Source: Basidiobolus ranarum | Taxonomy: Eukaryota | NCBI GenBank assembly: GCA_040143965.1 | Contig: JASJQH010006883.1 | Location: 1-60,323, forward strand | DNA: 60,323 bases | Direction of reading: 5' to 3' | Shown here: piece after piece, positions 38,732 to 51,869 of the stretch | Layout of the letters: each line of letters starts with the position of its first letter | Position numbering within the stretch: the stretch's first letter is position 1 | Position numbers and translations under genes: made by a program | The notes under the pieces: model-generated | Told to the model about the DNA's origin: nothing | What the model saw: only the letters and a program-made list of their open reading frames with translations | The model's database searches: none

Positions 38732-39159
38732 ATTGTATGACTGTTATATCAACAGCAGAGTAAAGAAAGCCACTATATCAGCTCGCTAGAAGATCTGGAC
38801 ACTACAAGAATCCCAACCTATGGAATGTGGTTAATTTTTTCTTCATCACTAATTAGTCGTGGGCAAAATCCAATAAAGCACCATCAAATGATAGAGTCGA
38901 TGAGCGTTCAAACTTCCATTTATGGAAAATAAAGATTATTCTATAGCATTGTACACAGATCTCCAGGGTTGACACTTTCCAAGTTTAAAGCGGTTTGAAT
39001 ACAGTGCAGCGTCCAAAGAGCAGGAAAACCTTATTCACCGGACTACTTGGTTTCGTGTGGGGCTCATACAATTACTATCCAATCAACCACAGAGAGTAAG
39101 CTCAGTTGGCGGAAATTCAATCTTTTCCGCAACGAAGATGCTCCAAATTGGTGTTAGTA

Positions 39160-39172
39160 CAGGGTTAGGGTT
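39160..39172. promoter_or_regulatory. Telomere-like CAGGGTTAGGGTT motif in the divergent transporter/PLD promoter
   Basis: The exact 13-mer also occurs at 52803-52815; function inferred. Confidence 0.4.
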
Positions 39173-39890
39173 GGTGTGTTCGATCCAGAAGATATCGAAT
39201 GATTTATTTATTAGCTAAAACCGCTAAAGCCGCCAAAACCGCGACTAGTATGCGCCGATGTACATGAATTAATTAGCTTGTGATGTAATGTGGATGATTA
39301 CAAAAGAGCTATTATGTCATGAAATCCGGATTATTGTTCTATGCATCCCTATAAACGGAGAATTATAATCATCATTTTAGAGTGAAGTTTCTTAAATGTT
39401 AGCACAAGCTTGTGCCCACAACAGACTAGATTGTTCATCAATGTTTTCTGGATTCAATTAAAATTCCTCACTTTATTCCGAACCTGTTGTCACAAGTGGA
39501 TTTATTTCCATAGTCGTAACATGATGAGCTAAACATTTTGGCATTCCAGCAAATGTGATTACTCGATTTGTATATTCTTCAGCAATCTTAATTTAAATGT
39601 GGATACAGCATGACTTCTTATTTCTATTAAATTGCTCTCCTACCCTTGCATAATAGATCATATTCAACGACATATTAATCATTACATACCTATACTGGCC
39701 CCCAGTATCAATTATTTAGTGACTTGCCTAACTCGCGTAGCTGTATCAGCAAGGCCATAATCACACTTACTCCTATTATCCAAGCTTGTTACTTCCTCGT
39801 TTTTTAACAATCTCTTTCACTTGTCTGATTGCCTCAAGTATCCGACCCTTTATTTTACTTTCAACTTGAACTTTCTCGTACCTGTTTCAA

Positions 39891-42800
39891 ATGAAAAGAA
39901 ATCAGAAAGGTTCAGCTGAACCACTCAACGCTAACGAGTCTGAGGATAACATTTCTTCAGGTGTTGTTCTTTTTAATTTTATCAACAGAAATATGATTTG
40001 CAAACTGTTATTAATCCTCTGCTATAGTTGTCGAATCCACGGCAGATACAGAAGGTCCAGGGAATGATCCCTCATTTTTACGGCCCAGCTTTCAACAACG
40101 TTCCTCCGAAAGTAATTCCAAGCAAAATACTTTGGAACAGGGTTCCAAACCTAACGATTGGGATACAACACTTTATTTACTTCGCCAAAAAACAAAACGT
40201 GAAAAGAACAACGTCAAAAATGCGCAACATGAAGGACCAATAACAGAAGAAGCCAAAGAGGTCGGCTCTTCTAGTACCTCTGGTATTGCTGAAGAGCAGA
40301 CTATGAATCATAAAGGCACCAATTTGATTGGCAACAGTGAGGGTGAGAGCGAGAGTCGACCAGAAAAAATCGTACGGGCCTCCACAACTGGTAGCTTACC
40401 TGGCACCAGTAAAACGCGACCACATACAGTTCAATTTGAAAACGCAAGAGCAGATACTTTTGCTTCACTACCTTCGCTTAACCACGGACAAGGTGAAGAG
40501 CCAATCTCCTCTGATTCCGTGAAAATGAAGTTTCGTCGAATTATGAATCGCATGTCTTCTTCAACTATTTTCAATCCAGCGTGGAAGAAAGGAAAGCCTA
40601 AGCATGGAGCAGAAGTTGCCCACTTCTCACCTCTCATGGAGACTGCTCTTGCGATCCCTATTTTTTGGATACAGAGAGATGAGTGGGGACTTAAACCGGT
40701 AAGAATTTCGTTTATCTATTACTATATTAATACAGGTTCCCTAACCTCTCAGTTCGAATTGGAAATTATATAGCCTCCTATAATATTTAAGTTTCTCAAG
40801 CTTCGAATTACCGAGTCTGATATAAATCCAAACAAACGATACCATCACGATCATTTTTATTTTCGAATTGAACTAGAGTACGGTGATGTGAAATGGGTCA
40901 TATATAGACGGATGTACGATTTCGTCCGATTACATACGCTACTTACATTCCGACATTTCCAAGGAAGACTACCCAAAATTCCTGCATTTCCTAGTCAGCT
41001 AAGCTATGCAGTTGATAAAGTCCTAGATAGGGTACATGGTGGTAGCGGAAGAGATGAGAGACTTAGACAAATTGCTTATGAGCGAAGAAAAGCCGTAGAG
41101 AAATACTTGACGAAGTTGATGAAGGTATTGAATTTAAGAGTTACCTTTGAGTTCTGTGCTTTTCTCGAAGCCAGTTCAATTTCTTTAATCCGTGACTTGG
41201 GTTGGAAAGGGAAAGAGGGCTATCTAGACAATCGTGTGAAGAAAACCACGGGGCGTTGTTGTAGTGGAACTCGTCCCAGTCGTTGGCGTTCAGATTGGAT
41301 TGCGATTAGAGATTCATATGTGGTGTTTTGCAATTCCATTAGTGATAGTTCGCCAAAAGACATACTATTATGCAACAAAGATTTTATCATTGAACATTCA
41401 CCAGGTAGCAAGAACCCTCTTAAACGTAGAACAATTACTATTGGTAATAGATTTCGGAGAATTGATCTACGTGCTAGTAGTGAGGCTCATGTACATGAAT
41501 GGGTGAAGAACCTTGAGCAAATTAAGACGAATTCACTTTGGGTTCAAAGGCACCGATTTGACTCATTCGCTCCAGTTCGTGATAACGTTAAGGCCAAATG
41601 GTTTGTCGATGGAATTGACTACTTTCATGAGCTTTCTGAAGCCCTTCTCAATGCCAAGCATACAATATACATTGGAGATTGGTGGCTCAGTCCCGAAATG
41701 GTACAGTGATATGCTTCTAGTCCTCATTGATTCTCATCAAAGATACAAGTCACTAACATTATCATGCTTAATAGTACCTGCGAAGACCGCCTAAAGACAA
41801 TCAAGAGTTTCGCTTAGACAGGTTGCTCCTCAAGAAAGCCGAAGAGGGACTAGCAATCTATATTGTTGTCTATAAAGAAGTCACTTATGCATTACCAATT
41901 TCTTCTCAGCATACAAAGGAAACTCTAAAGAATCTCCATCCCAATATTGTTGTCCAACGCCATCCCGATCATGTTCCTGGCGGAACTATGTTTTGGGCGG
42001 TACGTGCCATAAGATTTATCTTGAACGTTCATCTAACTAATTTTGTTTTTATTATTCATCCTTTACCTTTCGATAGCATCATGAGGTACGTTTTTGTTGC
42101 ATCCTAGCATCACAGCGTTAAGTAGAAATAACATTTTATCTCTTTATGTAGAAAATGTGCATTATAGATTCCGAGGTAGCGTACTTGGGCGGCCTTGATT
42201 TATGCTTTGGGTATGTATATATATTGTTCCTCTTAAATATGCGCAGAAACTCACAGAATTCCAATATCAGGCGTTGGGATAGCCATGCACATCGGTTAGC
42301 TGATTATCACAAAGACTCTGAAGATGAAATATGGCCTGGTCAAGATTACTCTAATCCTAGAATTAAGGATTTCCGAGATGGTATTTTTTAGACCAAATAA
42401 TATTATTTGGTAGCTATTATTAATTTCCTTTCATCTTCATTTAGTTCAACAATTCGATGTCGATCTTATTAATCGCAAAAAGCTATCTCGTATGCCTTGG
42501 CATGATATCGGTCTTTGTGTGTATGGAAATACTGCAAGAGATGTTGAGAGACACTTTATCGAACGATGGAACTTTATCAAAAGCTGGAAAGCCACTCAAA
42601 AACAGAACATTCCTTATCTACTTCCTAAGGGAGAGTACGCCATTGGACGAGATGAAAGTGAGCACAAAGGAACTTGCCGTATCCAAGTATTACGCAGTAG
42701 TGCTGAGTGGAGTAGTGGTATTGAGCGAGAAAATTCCATTTATACCGCATACGTCGAATGTATTCGAAAAGCGAAGCATTTTATTTATATTGAGAATCAG

Positions 42801-44566
42801 TTCTTTGTCACTTCTGCCGCGGATACTTCAGGATACACATTGAAGAACCAGATTGGCATGGCTTTAGTAGAGCGCATTAAAAAAGCCCACCAAGACAAAG
42901 CCAAATTCAAGGTTGTGGTTATTATGCCGCTTCTTCCTGCCTTCGAAAACAGTATCGATGCAAGTAATGCCACCACTATTAGACTTGTTATGCATTGGCA
43001 GTATATGTCCATATGTAGAGGTAAAAACTCGATTTTCGAGTGTCTAGCTGCTGAAGGGATCGTGCCTAGTGACTACATTACCTTTTTCGGATTGAGAAAT
43101 TATGATTTCATTAGGAATCCAAACTACACCGGTCCTGAAGTCCAATCAGATGTGAATGATGACTTTAACCTTGACGAGTCAGATGAGAACGACCCTGACG
43201 CTGAGATTGACCATGTTTTTGTTGAAGGCACACCAGCCGACACACATGGTCATCCACATTCTGATAATAAGACTTCAGACCAAGCTCCGGATGACTCTGG
43301 GAATTCAGGTCATGAAATGTTCGATGAGAAGACAGCTATGAAGATAAATGTTCAAGAGAACACTCAGACCAAGAATCCAATTCAAGGCTCTGATGCCCAG
43401 CAGCTAGAATCTTATGTTGCTCCAGATGGGCTCAAAATCGATACAACCCAAGGTCGATTGAACTTTGAGCCATCAAAACAACCCAGTAACAAAGGCCCAG
43501 TTCCTGATGAGCATCAAAATGATGTCGATGCCAACCAACATTTAGTGAGCCCTAAATCCACATCACATCTCTCGGTCAATTCGAACTCCTCAAACGCATC
43601 CCAAACAGGGGATGCTCCAGTGTTGGAGACTCCAGCTGGCTCTAATGTGGTTACCAGGCATGAAAAGATCCCGAGTGAGGGAAGATTCATTTCAGAGCTA
43701 ACGTATATCCACAGTAAATTAATGATTATCGATGATCGTATTGTCCTTTGTGGATCAGGTAAGAGAATACGGCAATGTGCATGTGCACCTAGAATTCTTA
43801 CAAATCTATTTTTGTAGCCAATATCAACGATCGCTCAATGCTTGGAAATCATGATTCGGAAGTTGCATTGATTATTGAAGATGAAGAGGGTGTGCCCTCC
43901 CGAATGAATGGCAAAGAGGTTCTATCTATTGTTATCTAGAATCAACGTCACCTTGCCATTATATATTAACTCATTTTATTTACTTCACAGTATTTGGCCT
44001 CGAAATACGCGCATACCCTTCGTTGCTCGCTTTTTAAAGAACATCTTGGCCTGTTGCCAGATATGGATATGGCAGAAATCATCAAAGCAAATGATCCCTT
44101 GAATGAGTCCAATTCTGGCTCTGGCTCAGTTCCTGAAGGCAAAAAACCAGAAATCAACCCTGACGAGATAGTGAAGGATCCACTATGCGACGACTTTTTC
44201 AATGAAGTCTGGCAGAGAACCGCTCGCGAGAATACTGAGGTTTTCCGCGATGCCTTCCGATGTGTACCCGATGATACTGGTAAAGTTTTGAGTCAAGTAT
44301 GAGTCGCATTAAGAATAACCACTAACATTTGCATTCGCATCTTAGTAACTACTTGGGACGAATACAAAGCTTTCGTTCCCGACCCTCATGTTGTTAAATA
44401 TGGTCATTTGGCGCTAACGGGGTTGCCAAAAGACGCTGTCCAAGGCTTACTATCACATGTGAAAGGACACTTGGTACAGTTTCCTACGCAGTTTTTGAAA
44501 GACGAGAATTTAAGTGCTGCTGTGTTCTCGCGAGAATTTCTAGTTCCTGTTGATGTCTTCATCTAA
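39891..44566 (+). CDS. PLD1: Phospholipase D1 (Spo14-like; PX, PH, two HKD motifs)
   Basis: PX ([25 protein letters not shown]), PH (KGKEGYL...EWVKNL), [22 protein letters not shown]1 [31 protein letters not shown]2 [20 protein letters not shown] and a C-terminal VKGHLV.FP..FL. Confidence 0.95.
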
Positions 44567-45053
44567 ACTCAAATAGATTGGACGAGTTGATGATATTTGT
44601 AAATTTGGGCCTTAATCATAATTGTTTTTCAACTTTTCATACTATACTTTTAAATATTCAAATTCTATTCTTTTACTACATTCAATCCCTTCATTCTTTG
44701 ATCTTTACCCGACATAGTCCGTCACACCTGTTCTTCATACATTTTAGATAGACTTAGTACGTAACTTGGTTTCATTTCGATGTATTGCCTTTGTCATGTA
44801 CTAAATAAATCCACTCAGATTTGTGACAAATACTTTGGAATTAAGTTTACCATTACCTATAGAAGGCAAATAATCACTCAACGAATAAATCAAACTATCA
44901 ACTTTGTATAATATAAATAGATTAATGAGGATCAGTAAAAAAATTGTATGGCTGACAGAATTCGTTCTCGAAATCAACTTGAGGTATATAGAAGACCAAC
45001 AAGTTACACTATTGTCTGCACTTATTTACTCAAGTCTTAGGGTTGATTTAAGA

Positions 45054-45563
45054 ATGTCTACTGAAAACACTACACAAACTACTCTGGATAAACTCGCATG
45101 CTCGCCCTATCCTGCTTGGGCGATATCAGCCATGTGTAATTATATTCCCTTACTAATTGAACCGATTTTGTAAAAGAAAATAACATACGAATACATTTAC
45201 CTCAGGTGCTATTGCCATGCCATTATCCTTAAGAAGATTACCTGGCGTTCCATCTTTCATTCAAACCCCCTCATTCGCTGCCATTTTTGGAGGAGCTGGT
45301 TACGTTACTTCTTGCGGTGATTATGAGAATGGTGCTGGTATTGCTACAGGTAAAACTTACATTTCCAACTTGTACATTTGATATTTCTACCAACAATATT
45401 CTTACCATGTTTTTCTGGTTTAGCTTGGTCCATTACATATCTAGTTCTTAATGTGAACAAAGCTATTCGCTCTAAACGTCCGATTCCCATTCTCATGTTG
45501 ACCGCTGTAGCAGGAAACGGTTTCATTTATGGACAAAAATATTTTCGTGAATATTTTGCTTAA
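45054..45563 (+). CDS. AIM19: Aim19-like small membrane protein, 3 exons
   Basis: Spliced product ...SPYPAW...FAAIFGGAGYVTSCGDYENGAGIAT|AWSITYL...GFIYG resembles the Aim19 family; introns ~45136-45205 and 45350-45423. Confidence 0.65.
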
Positions 45564-46093
45564 TTCTCATAATGCAGAAAATTATATCACTTAGTATTTA
45601 CTCGCATTTTATTACAACTCATGATATTGCATTACCTTCATTAAATCAATCAAGAACATCATATATAGTGCGAGATTTCACTACTCGCATAGTTTATTTG
45701 CTTATAATGGAACTTCTTTCAATTAGACCTCTCCATACCACAAGACAAAGTGAGTAAATAAAGTATGCCCATACTTTAAGAAGTATTTCATTTGTTTATT
45801 ATATGATATTTGCTTGCTTAGCTTAGAACATATTACTAGGAAGATGGTGTAGCTGAAGCAATGAAAAGGAGAGGGGATAACTAGTCAGGACTAAATTTTG
45901 ATAGCATAGGAGCACAGAGAAAGATATCAAACCTACGTACATGGGGAACTAAAAAATCTATTGTTTTCTAGAAATTAAAATATGGTTTTAACGCTGTGAA
46001 GAAACTATTCAACGATTTCTTAAGTATCACCATACTTCAAAGATACCAAGTGAAATTTTCTAGTAAGTAAAAAAGAACTATACTTCTTGCTTT

Positions 46094-46590
46094 TTAAATA
46101 CCATAAATCATTCTAAAAGCAAAAGTAAGACCTATCGCGACGAACACGATAATAGTGAGTGCACGTAGAGCATTATCGTCATCTAAAGTAAGAATGAAAT
46201 ATATATTGGTTAGTATAGGAGCAATAAAATGTCAACTTACAAGAAATTACCATATGTCCCGATTTCTTTTCTGGAGATTTTTCCCGCACGCCATCTGAAC
46301 AAGTATAGACCATAAAGCATAATACCCACAGAAATGATGGATAAAAAGAGTGCAGAAACGGTGCTCACGGAATCTCCAAAGTTGAGTAGACCAATAGCCA
46401 CGGCACCAAGAATGATGGACAAGTTCATCCAACGAAGGAAAGTACGCTCATTAGCAAAGTAGGACTTGGGCTGCACCTTGTTAGGACCCTCAAAAGCGTT
46501 AGGTTCTTTTGTCAGGTTAGCAGGTTCGCGATAAGCATCAAGAATATCATTCATGGTAGGGGCGATACTACGTTCGCGGACTATGGACAT
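46094..46590 (-). CDS. VTC1: Vtc1-like vacuolar transporter chaperone subunit (DUF202 three-TM domain), divergent
   Basis: [17 protein letters not shown]...GLLNFGD...LYLFRWRAGKISRK..Y|DDDNALRALTIIVFVAIGLTF. Intron 46250-46183; stop at 46094-46096. Clearly homologous to the TM region of the neighbouring Vtc4. Confidence 0.82.
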
Positions 46591-49500
46591 TGTGTATGTT
46601 ATTTACGTGTACGTAAACGAATATGAAAGACAAAGAACACTTGTTGCTATCGTATAGCAGGTTAGTCTGATACAGTAAGAGAGTAAAGACACGCTAATAA
46701 GCTGATTTGAGTTAAATTTCGATGCTCAACTTCCATATATGTAACACTTCACTACAGAAAACTCAGTTACGAATCTAAAATAGAGATCGCTTCAAATATT
46801 GAATAACATACAGTGATCCCCAAATTCAACTACCTGGAATATTAAAAATGGCATTTAGCAATTCCATCAGACTTGGTAATTACCATGCCGTGCGACACTG
46901 GCGGTAGAGGTATTTATAATGCCATCACCTAATGTCATTTTCAGCCAAGAACCAGTCAGTCGTATCTTGACATGGTTTATGTAACATTCAGCAACTATGA
47001 ACAGGTCAGCTACCACAACCCCAAATTAAAAACTCAGGGCCTTGGGTATACGGGAATCCAGTTTAGCACTGAACACGTCCAAGGGATTTGGCATGAAGCA
47101 ATGAATTGCCCATAGAAACTATGTCTCTTGAACGTGGCAATTGTGAGAAATCACAGATGAACTCATTAAGTGTAAACATGAGTTCCTAGATGAACTATTT
47201 TTGGCGTCATCTTAGTACTCGGGCTACGATACACCAAGAATACGCTGACCCTCTCAATCCTCATCTATGTAACCATGTGGGTCATCCAATGAGTTCAACT
47301 GGGTAATAGATTTACACAATCATTAGTTTTTTGTGGATTTGTTTTGTCACAATTTCTCCGATTATAATTTTTTCATCTTGCAATATAAGAGGTCATCGAG
47401 AGAAGCCTATACCAAAAAGGGTAGATGATGGAAACCCTGGCCAATCTTGCCGGAAGCTCTACCGCTTCGACAAAGCCAATGCGCACCAGTGATTTGAACA
47501 CGAGCTTCGAAAATTGGTTTAGATTAACCTTATACCTGAGAGATCTATTGTAAGATAAGGTTGCTTTTCTTTATCATTGTTGCACAACATGGTACACGAA
47601 CATAGAACCCAACCCAGCATAACATCTATATCAAATCTGATGCGCCTTTAGTAAAATTTTCGGTCTGATTGCCACGAAGCTGCCTCAGATCTATGTTACA
47701 CGTGCACCCTTCAAGCTAACGATCTCGAACAATTTGAACTGTTACGGTAAATACATTTTGTGAGTCTTTTTCTATTTTAGCATTAAGCTTGGCGATGATT
47801 ATTCCTTACTTCCGCATCGATTGTCTTCACCGAATTCACTGGGGTAAAAGCCATCGACAACAGACTGTAGCCATGGATGGGCTGGTAGAGTTAATAAGTG
47901 CCATTCGCATCTATGGACGGGTTCTATTGGTAAAAGGTTTGCAATGTTCATGAGATACTATTGGATGTGTGGCTTTCTCTTGTTTAGGCAGCCAATGTTG
48001 AACAAGAAAGCTCTTTAAAGCATAGGTCTATACTTATTCACAACTTCTCCGATGGCTCAAGAGGAAAGTATCACTACAAACATTGGGTCAATATATTTGG
48101 TAATTTCGTCAATAGGTTTCGAAATATCCTTTAGAACTTCTTGTTATCAGGCATAATAGTAAAGTGAAGGAGATACAAGATTGCAATACGGTTTGACAGA
48201 AGATAAGTCAATACAATCAAACATGGACTATTTCCTAAATATCGAGTACCTTTGAAAATCTCGCAACTTAAGACCCATGTGAAAGTAGATATCATTATCT
48301 GATCAAGGTATTTCGTTCGAAATTTGCATTCAAAAGCGCAACGGTGCCTTCAGGGTGAGTAATTAAGCATAAATGGAAACCCGGTGTTCACCGATTTCTT
48401 AGAGTTACACTGCGAGAGTGTATGTTAGTAAGCCATGGTGGGATATTATAAGCCAGGGTGTCTTGGAGTTGACGATTTTCCTTGAGTGGCTTGAAAAAAT
48501 ATGCATACAAATTGGTAATCCTTGAACATAGTGTGGTTCATTTGACGAATATAGAAATTTGGTTGGAAAAGACAGAGCACAAAGTGCAGTAAAGAGTTTA
48601 GCTATCAGGGCAGCTTCAATTGGAGGTGAATGAGCTTGGTGGACAATGAATTAATTGAGTATTCTTGATGGCAACGCGGCAGGGAGCTCCAGAAAAACTC
48701 CGCTAATGAAAGTTGGCCATCTCACATGAATTGTATGGCAATTAAAGCTCATAACCCCTAATCTCCTGGGTACCAATTCATATTATTACCTTTATTATCC
48801 ATCTCTAGACCTTCAGTTTCAGGCACAAAATCATATGATTAGAGTACCTATAAGCCTTAATTAACAAAGCAATAGTTCTCAATGTTGCTGACTCGATTGG
48901 GTTAATTACACCTTGGAGCTAAGCAGAAGAAAAAGAGACTGCAAAACAGGTCAGAAAGGAGTACACCCTTTTAGTACAACTTCACATAAAAAAATATTGG
49001 AAACTCGTAAGAACCTGATAAAGCAGGGGCGGATGAGATAATAATAATATTGAATTCATAATATTCGCTTGCCAAATAATTGACAATGAGATGAAGAGCT
49101 ATCATAAAGGAAAGCATTGACCACTCGGTAAAATGGTTTACTTTAGTAAATATTACTAGTTCCACTAGAATGGATATAGAACTGTGTTCACTACTACGTA
49201 ACGCCGTGAGCTTTTTTACTCAAGAACATCGAGGAGTCATTGATATGATTATGATGAGTAGGAAGCTGATATAGTAGTAGCCTCACCCCAACATTCTTTG
49301 GAACTACATATTAGGTCATTAGCCAATTATGGGATCTCACCCATGGTAAATGCCGGTATTTACCGCTGTTAAACTTAATCAATGATAGCAGGTCACAGAT
49401 GCCAGACAAAACATCGAGAATCCAATCCGAGTTTCTTATGATTTTTATTGTATTGTTAAGGTTATTGAAAGATTGTATGATAGATAGTAATCTAAGCATT

Positions 49501-49751
49501 GAATGAACCGAATTCCAAAAGTCCATTTATTCTATTGGCAACTTTCCGAATTTGGGAGGTGCCGATGAGATATAAAGCATTGGTTCGTCATCAGATCCCG
49601 TTATCAATTACAACCTCTGGTTATTCCTCATCAAATCACAGGTTGCTTTCTACATTTCCTTCTCCCCTAAGTTGTAAGTCCTTTAACATAAAAGTTGTTG
49701 TTGCAATATCTTCTAACAGAATTAATTTGACAGTTTGTAAAAAAGAAAGCA

Positions 49752-51869
49752 ATGAAATTCGGCTCACAGTTACAAGAAATTTTATACCCAGAATGGCGTT
49801 TCTACTATCTCGAGTATGACGGTCTCAAGCGAGTTTTGAAAGAACGTCTTAGTGACACCTTCACTGAAAAGGATGAGGCCAAGTTTGTTGAATTCTTGGA
49901 GAAAGAGTTGGAGAAGGTTTACACCTTCCAAACTGTTAAGCGTGGTGAAATCAACAGAAGAGTGGAGTTCAGTGAACAAACTGTGAAGAAACTCGCTAAA
50001 GATACCGAGGCCTCCGACCAGGACTATGCTGACGTTGAAGAAGACATTAACCGTGTTATTGCAGAAGTCAATGAGTTAGCCAAATTTACCAGACTCAACT
50101 ATTCCGGCTTTCTCAAGATTATCAAGAAGCACGATAAACACACCACCTACGCACTTAAGCCCATGTTCATGGTACGCTTGAACGCTCGTCCATTCTATAA
50201 AGAGAACTTCGATACTCTTTTATTGAAACTTTCCAAACTTTACGATATTGTTCGTAACCGTGGACAATCCGGCACTAGCAAGAGCTCTGCCCCTGCTGGT
50301 GGCTCCCAAAACTTCATTCGCCAAACCACCAAATATTGGGTTCACCCTGATAACGTTATGGAGGTCAAACTTCTTATTCTTAAGTATTTACCTGTATTGG
50401 TGTTTAACGCTAAAGAAGGTGGCGATCTTAACCCTGCAGTTTCCTCAGTATACTTCGATAACGAAGCTTTCGATCTTTATACTGGCCGTCTAGAGAAATC
50501 GGAAGGTGCTGAAGCTATTCGTCTACGTTGGTATGGTAATTCTTCCAACAACGAAATTTTCGTTGAACGTAAAACACATCGTGAGGATTGGACTGGAGAG
50601 AAGAGTGTCAAGGAAAGATTCCCACTCAAAGAGAAATATATCAACAGTTATCTTCAAGGCGATTACACTATGGATAACACCATCCAGAAGTTACGTGAGA
50701 GAGGTGCCAAGTCAGAGAAGGAGCTGAAGGAACTTGAACAACTTGCTAGTGAAATTCAATACAACGTCATTACTAAGAAGCTCGCACCAACTGTGAGAAC
50801 CTTTTATAACCGTACTGCTTTCCAACTTCCTGGTGATGCACGTGTTCGTATTTCACTTGATACTGAACTCACCTTGATTCGTGAAGACAACCTTGATGGT
50901 GTGGAGAGATCTGGTAGCAACTGGCGTCGTACTGATATTGACACCGACTATCCCTTCTCTCAATTGGCTGACTCAGATATCTGCCGTTTCCCCTATGCTG
51001 TCCTTGAAGTTAAACTTCAAACCCAACATGGTACAGAACCACCTCACTGGGTTTCCAACTTGGTTGAAAGCCATTTGGTTGAGTCCGTTCCTAAATTCTC
51101 CAAATATATTCATGGTGTCTCCACTCTTCTGGAATCACGTGTCTCTCTTCTTCCATTCTGGCTTCCACAGATGGATAAAGATATTCGCAAATCTCCAAAT
51201 AGAGAGCTTCTATCTATCAGAGACTCTGGAAGCAGCCATAGCAACGAAGACAGAAATTCCTCATATGGCTCTTCTCGTCGTAATCGCTCATCTCGTCGCG
51301 AAGACCCTGAAATCCAAGTTGTTGTTGATGGATCTTATCAAAGAAACGATTCCAAACAGAAGGTGAGAGAAAGTATCGATGGTGAATACGACGAATCTGC
51401 TCCACTTCTTCGTGAATCCCGTAGTCGCTCCAGAAAGACTAATGGATCTGGGTTCTTCAGTGGCTTATTCAACAGATCTCGCACACCCTCCCCTGAGAAC
51501 TCCAAAGCTCGTCAACCTGCTAAACGTATTGCCATCCCTGTTCGTGTTGAACCCAAGGTCTTTTTCGCCAATGAGCGTACTTTCCTCTCTTGGTTGCATT
51601 TTACCATTGTCCTTGGTGGTCTTGCTCTCGGTTTGTTGAACTTCGGTGATACCGTTGGACAAATCTCCGGTGTTCTTTTCACTTTGATTTCTATGGGAGT
51701 CATGATATATTCATTGATCTTATACCAATGGAGAGCTGATCAAATCCGTCAAAGAAAAGCTGGACCATATGATGATCGCTTCGGCCCCGTTGTTCTAGTT
51801 GTCGTGTTATTCTTTGCAGTTTGCGTAAATTTCTACTTGAAATTCACCAGTAACTCCGCCAAACCCTAA
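49752..51869 (+). CDS. VTC4: Polyphosphate polymerase Vtc4 (SPX + VTC/TTM + DUF202), intronless
   Basis: MKFG...YLEYDGLK (SPX), [52 protein letters not shown] and [17 protein letters not shown]...YDDRFGP. Confidence 0.97.
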   Translation: MKFGSQLQEILYPEWRFYYLEYDGLKRVLKERLSDTFTEKDEAKFVEFLEKELEKVYTFQTVKRGEINRRVEFSEQTVKKLAKDTEASDQDYADVEEDINRVIAEVNELAKFTRLNYSGFLKIIKKHDKHTTYALKPMFMVRLNARPFYKENFDTLLLKLSKLYDIVRNRGQSGTSKSSAPAGGSQNFIRQTTKYWVHPDNVMEVKLLILKYLPVLVFNAKEGGDLNPAVSSVYFDNEAFDLYTGRLEKSEGAEAIRLRWYGNSSNNEIFVERKTHREDWTGEKSVKERFPLKEKYINSYLQGDYTMDNTIQKLRERGAKSEKELKELEQLASEIQYNVITKKLAPTVRTFYNRTAFQLPGDARVRISLDTELTLIREDNLDGVERSGSNWRRTDIDTDYPFSQLADSDICRFPYAVLEVKLQTQHGTEPPHWVSNLVESHLVESVPKFSKYIHGVSTLLESRVSLLPFWLPQMDKDIRKSPNRELLSIRDSGSSHSNEDRNSSYGSSRRNRSSRREDPEIQVVVDGSYQRNDSKQKVRESIDGEYDESAPLLRESRSRSRKTNGSGFFSGLFNRSRTPSPENSKARQPAKRIAIPVRVEPKVFFANERTFLSWLHFTIVLGGLALGLLNFGDTVGQISGVLFTLISMGVMIYSLILYQWRADQIRQRKAGPYDDRFGPVVLVVVLFFAVCVNFYLKFTSNSAKP

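Noticed and set aside
39092-39190. tRNA-like A-box (agctcagttgg) and B-box (gttcgatcc)
   Set aside because: D-stem, T-stem and acceptor stem do not pair; no cloverleaf can be formed.
33425-44566. Phosphatidic-acid gene cluster (acyltransferase plus PLD)
   Set aside because: The genes are separated by RanGAP and a transporter, acyltransferase specificity is unknown, and chance proximity is likely.
46600-49740. Hidden gene or ncRNA in the long VTC spacer
   Set aside because: No ORF with recognisable motifs, consistent exon chain or structured RNA signature was seen; a covariance-model search would be needed.
11200-51869. Phosphate-regulon cluster (Pcl cyclin plus VTC genes)
   Set aside because: The cyclin is Pcl1/2-like rather than Pho80-like and lies ~35 kb away with many unrelated genes in between.
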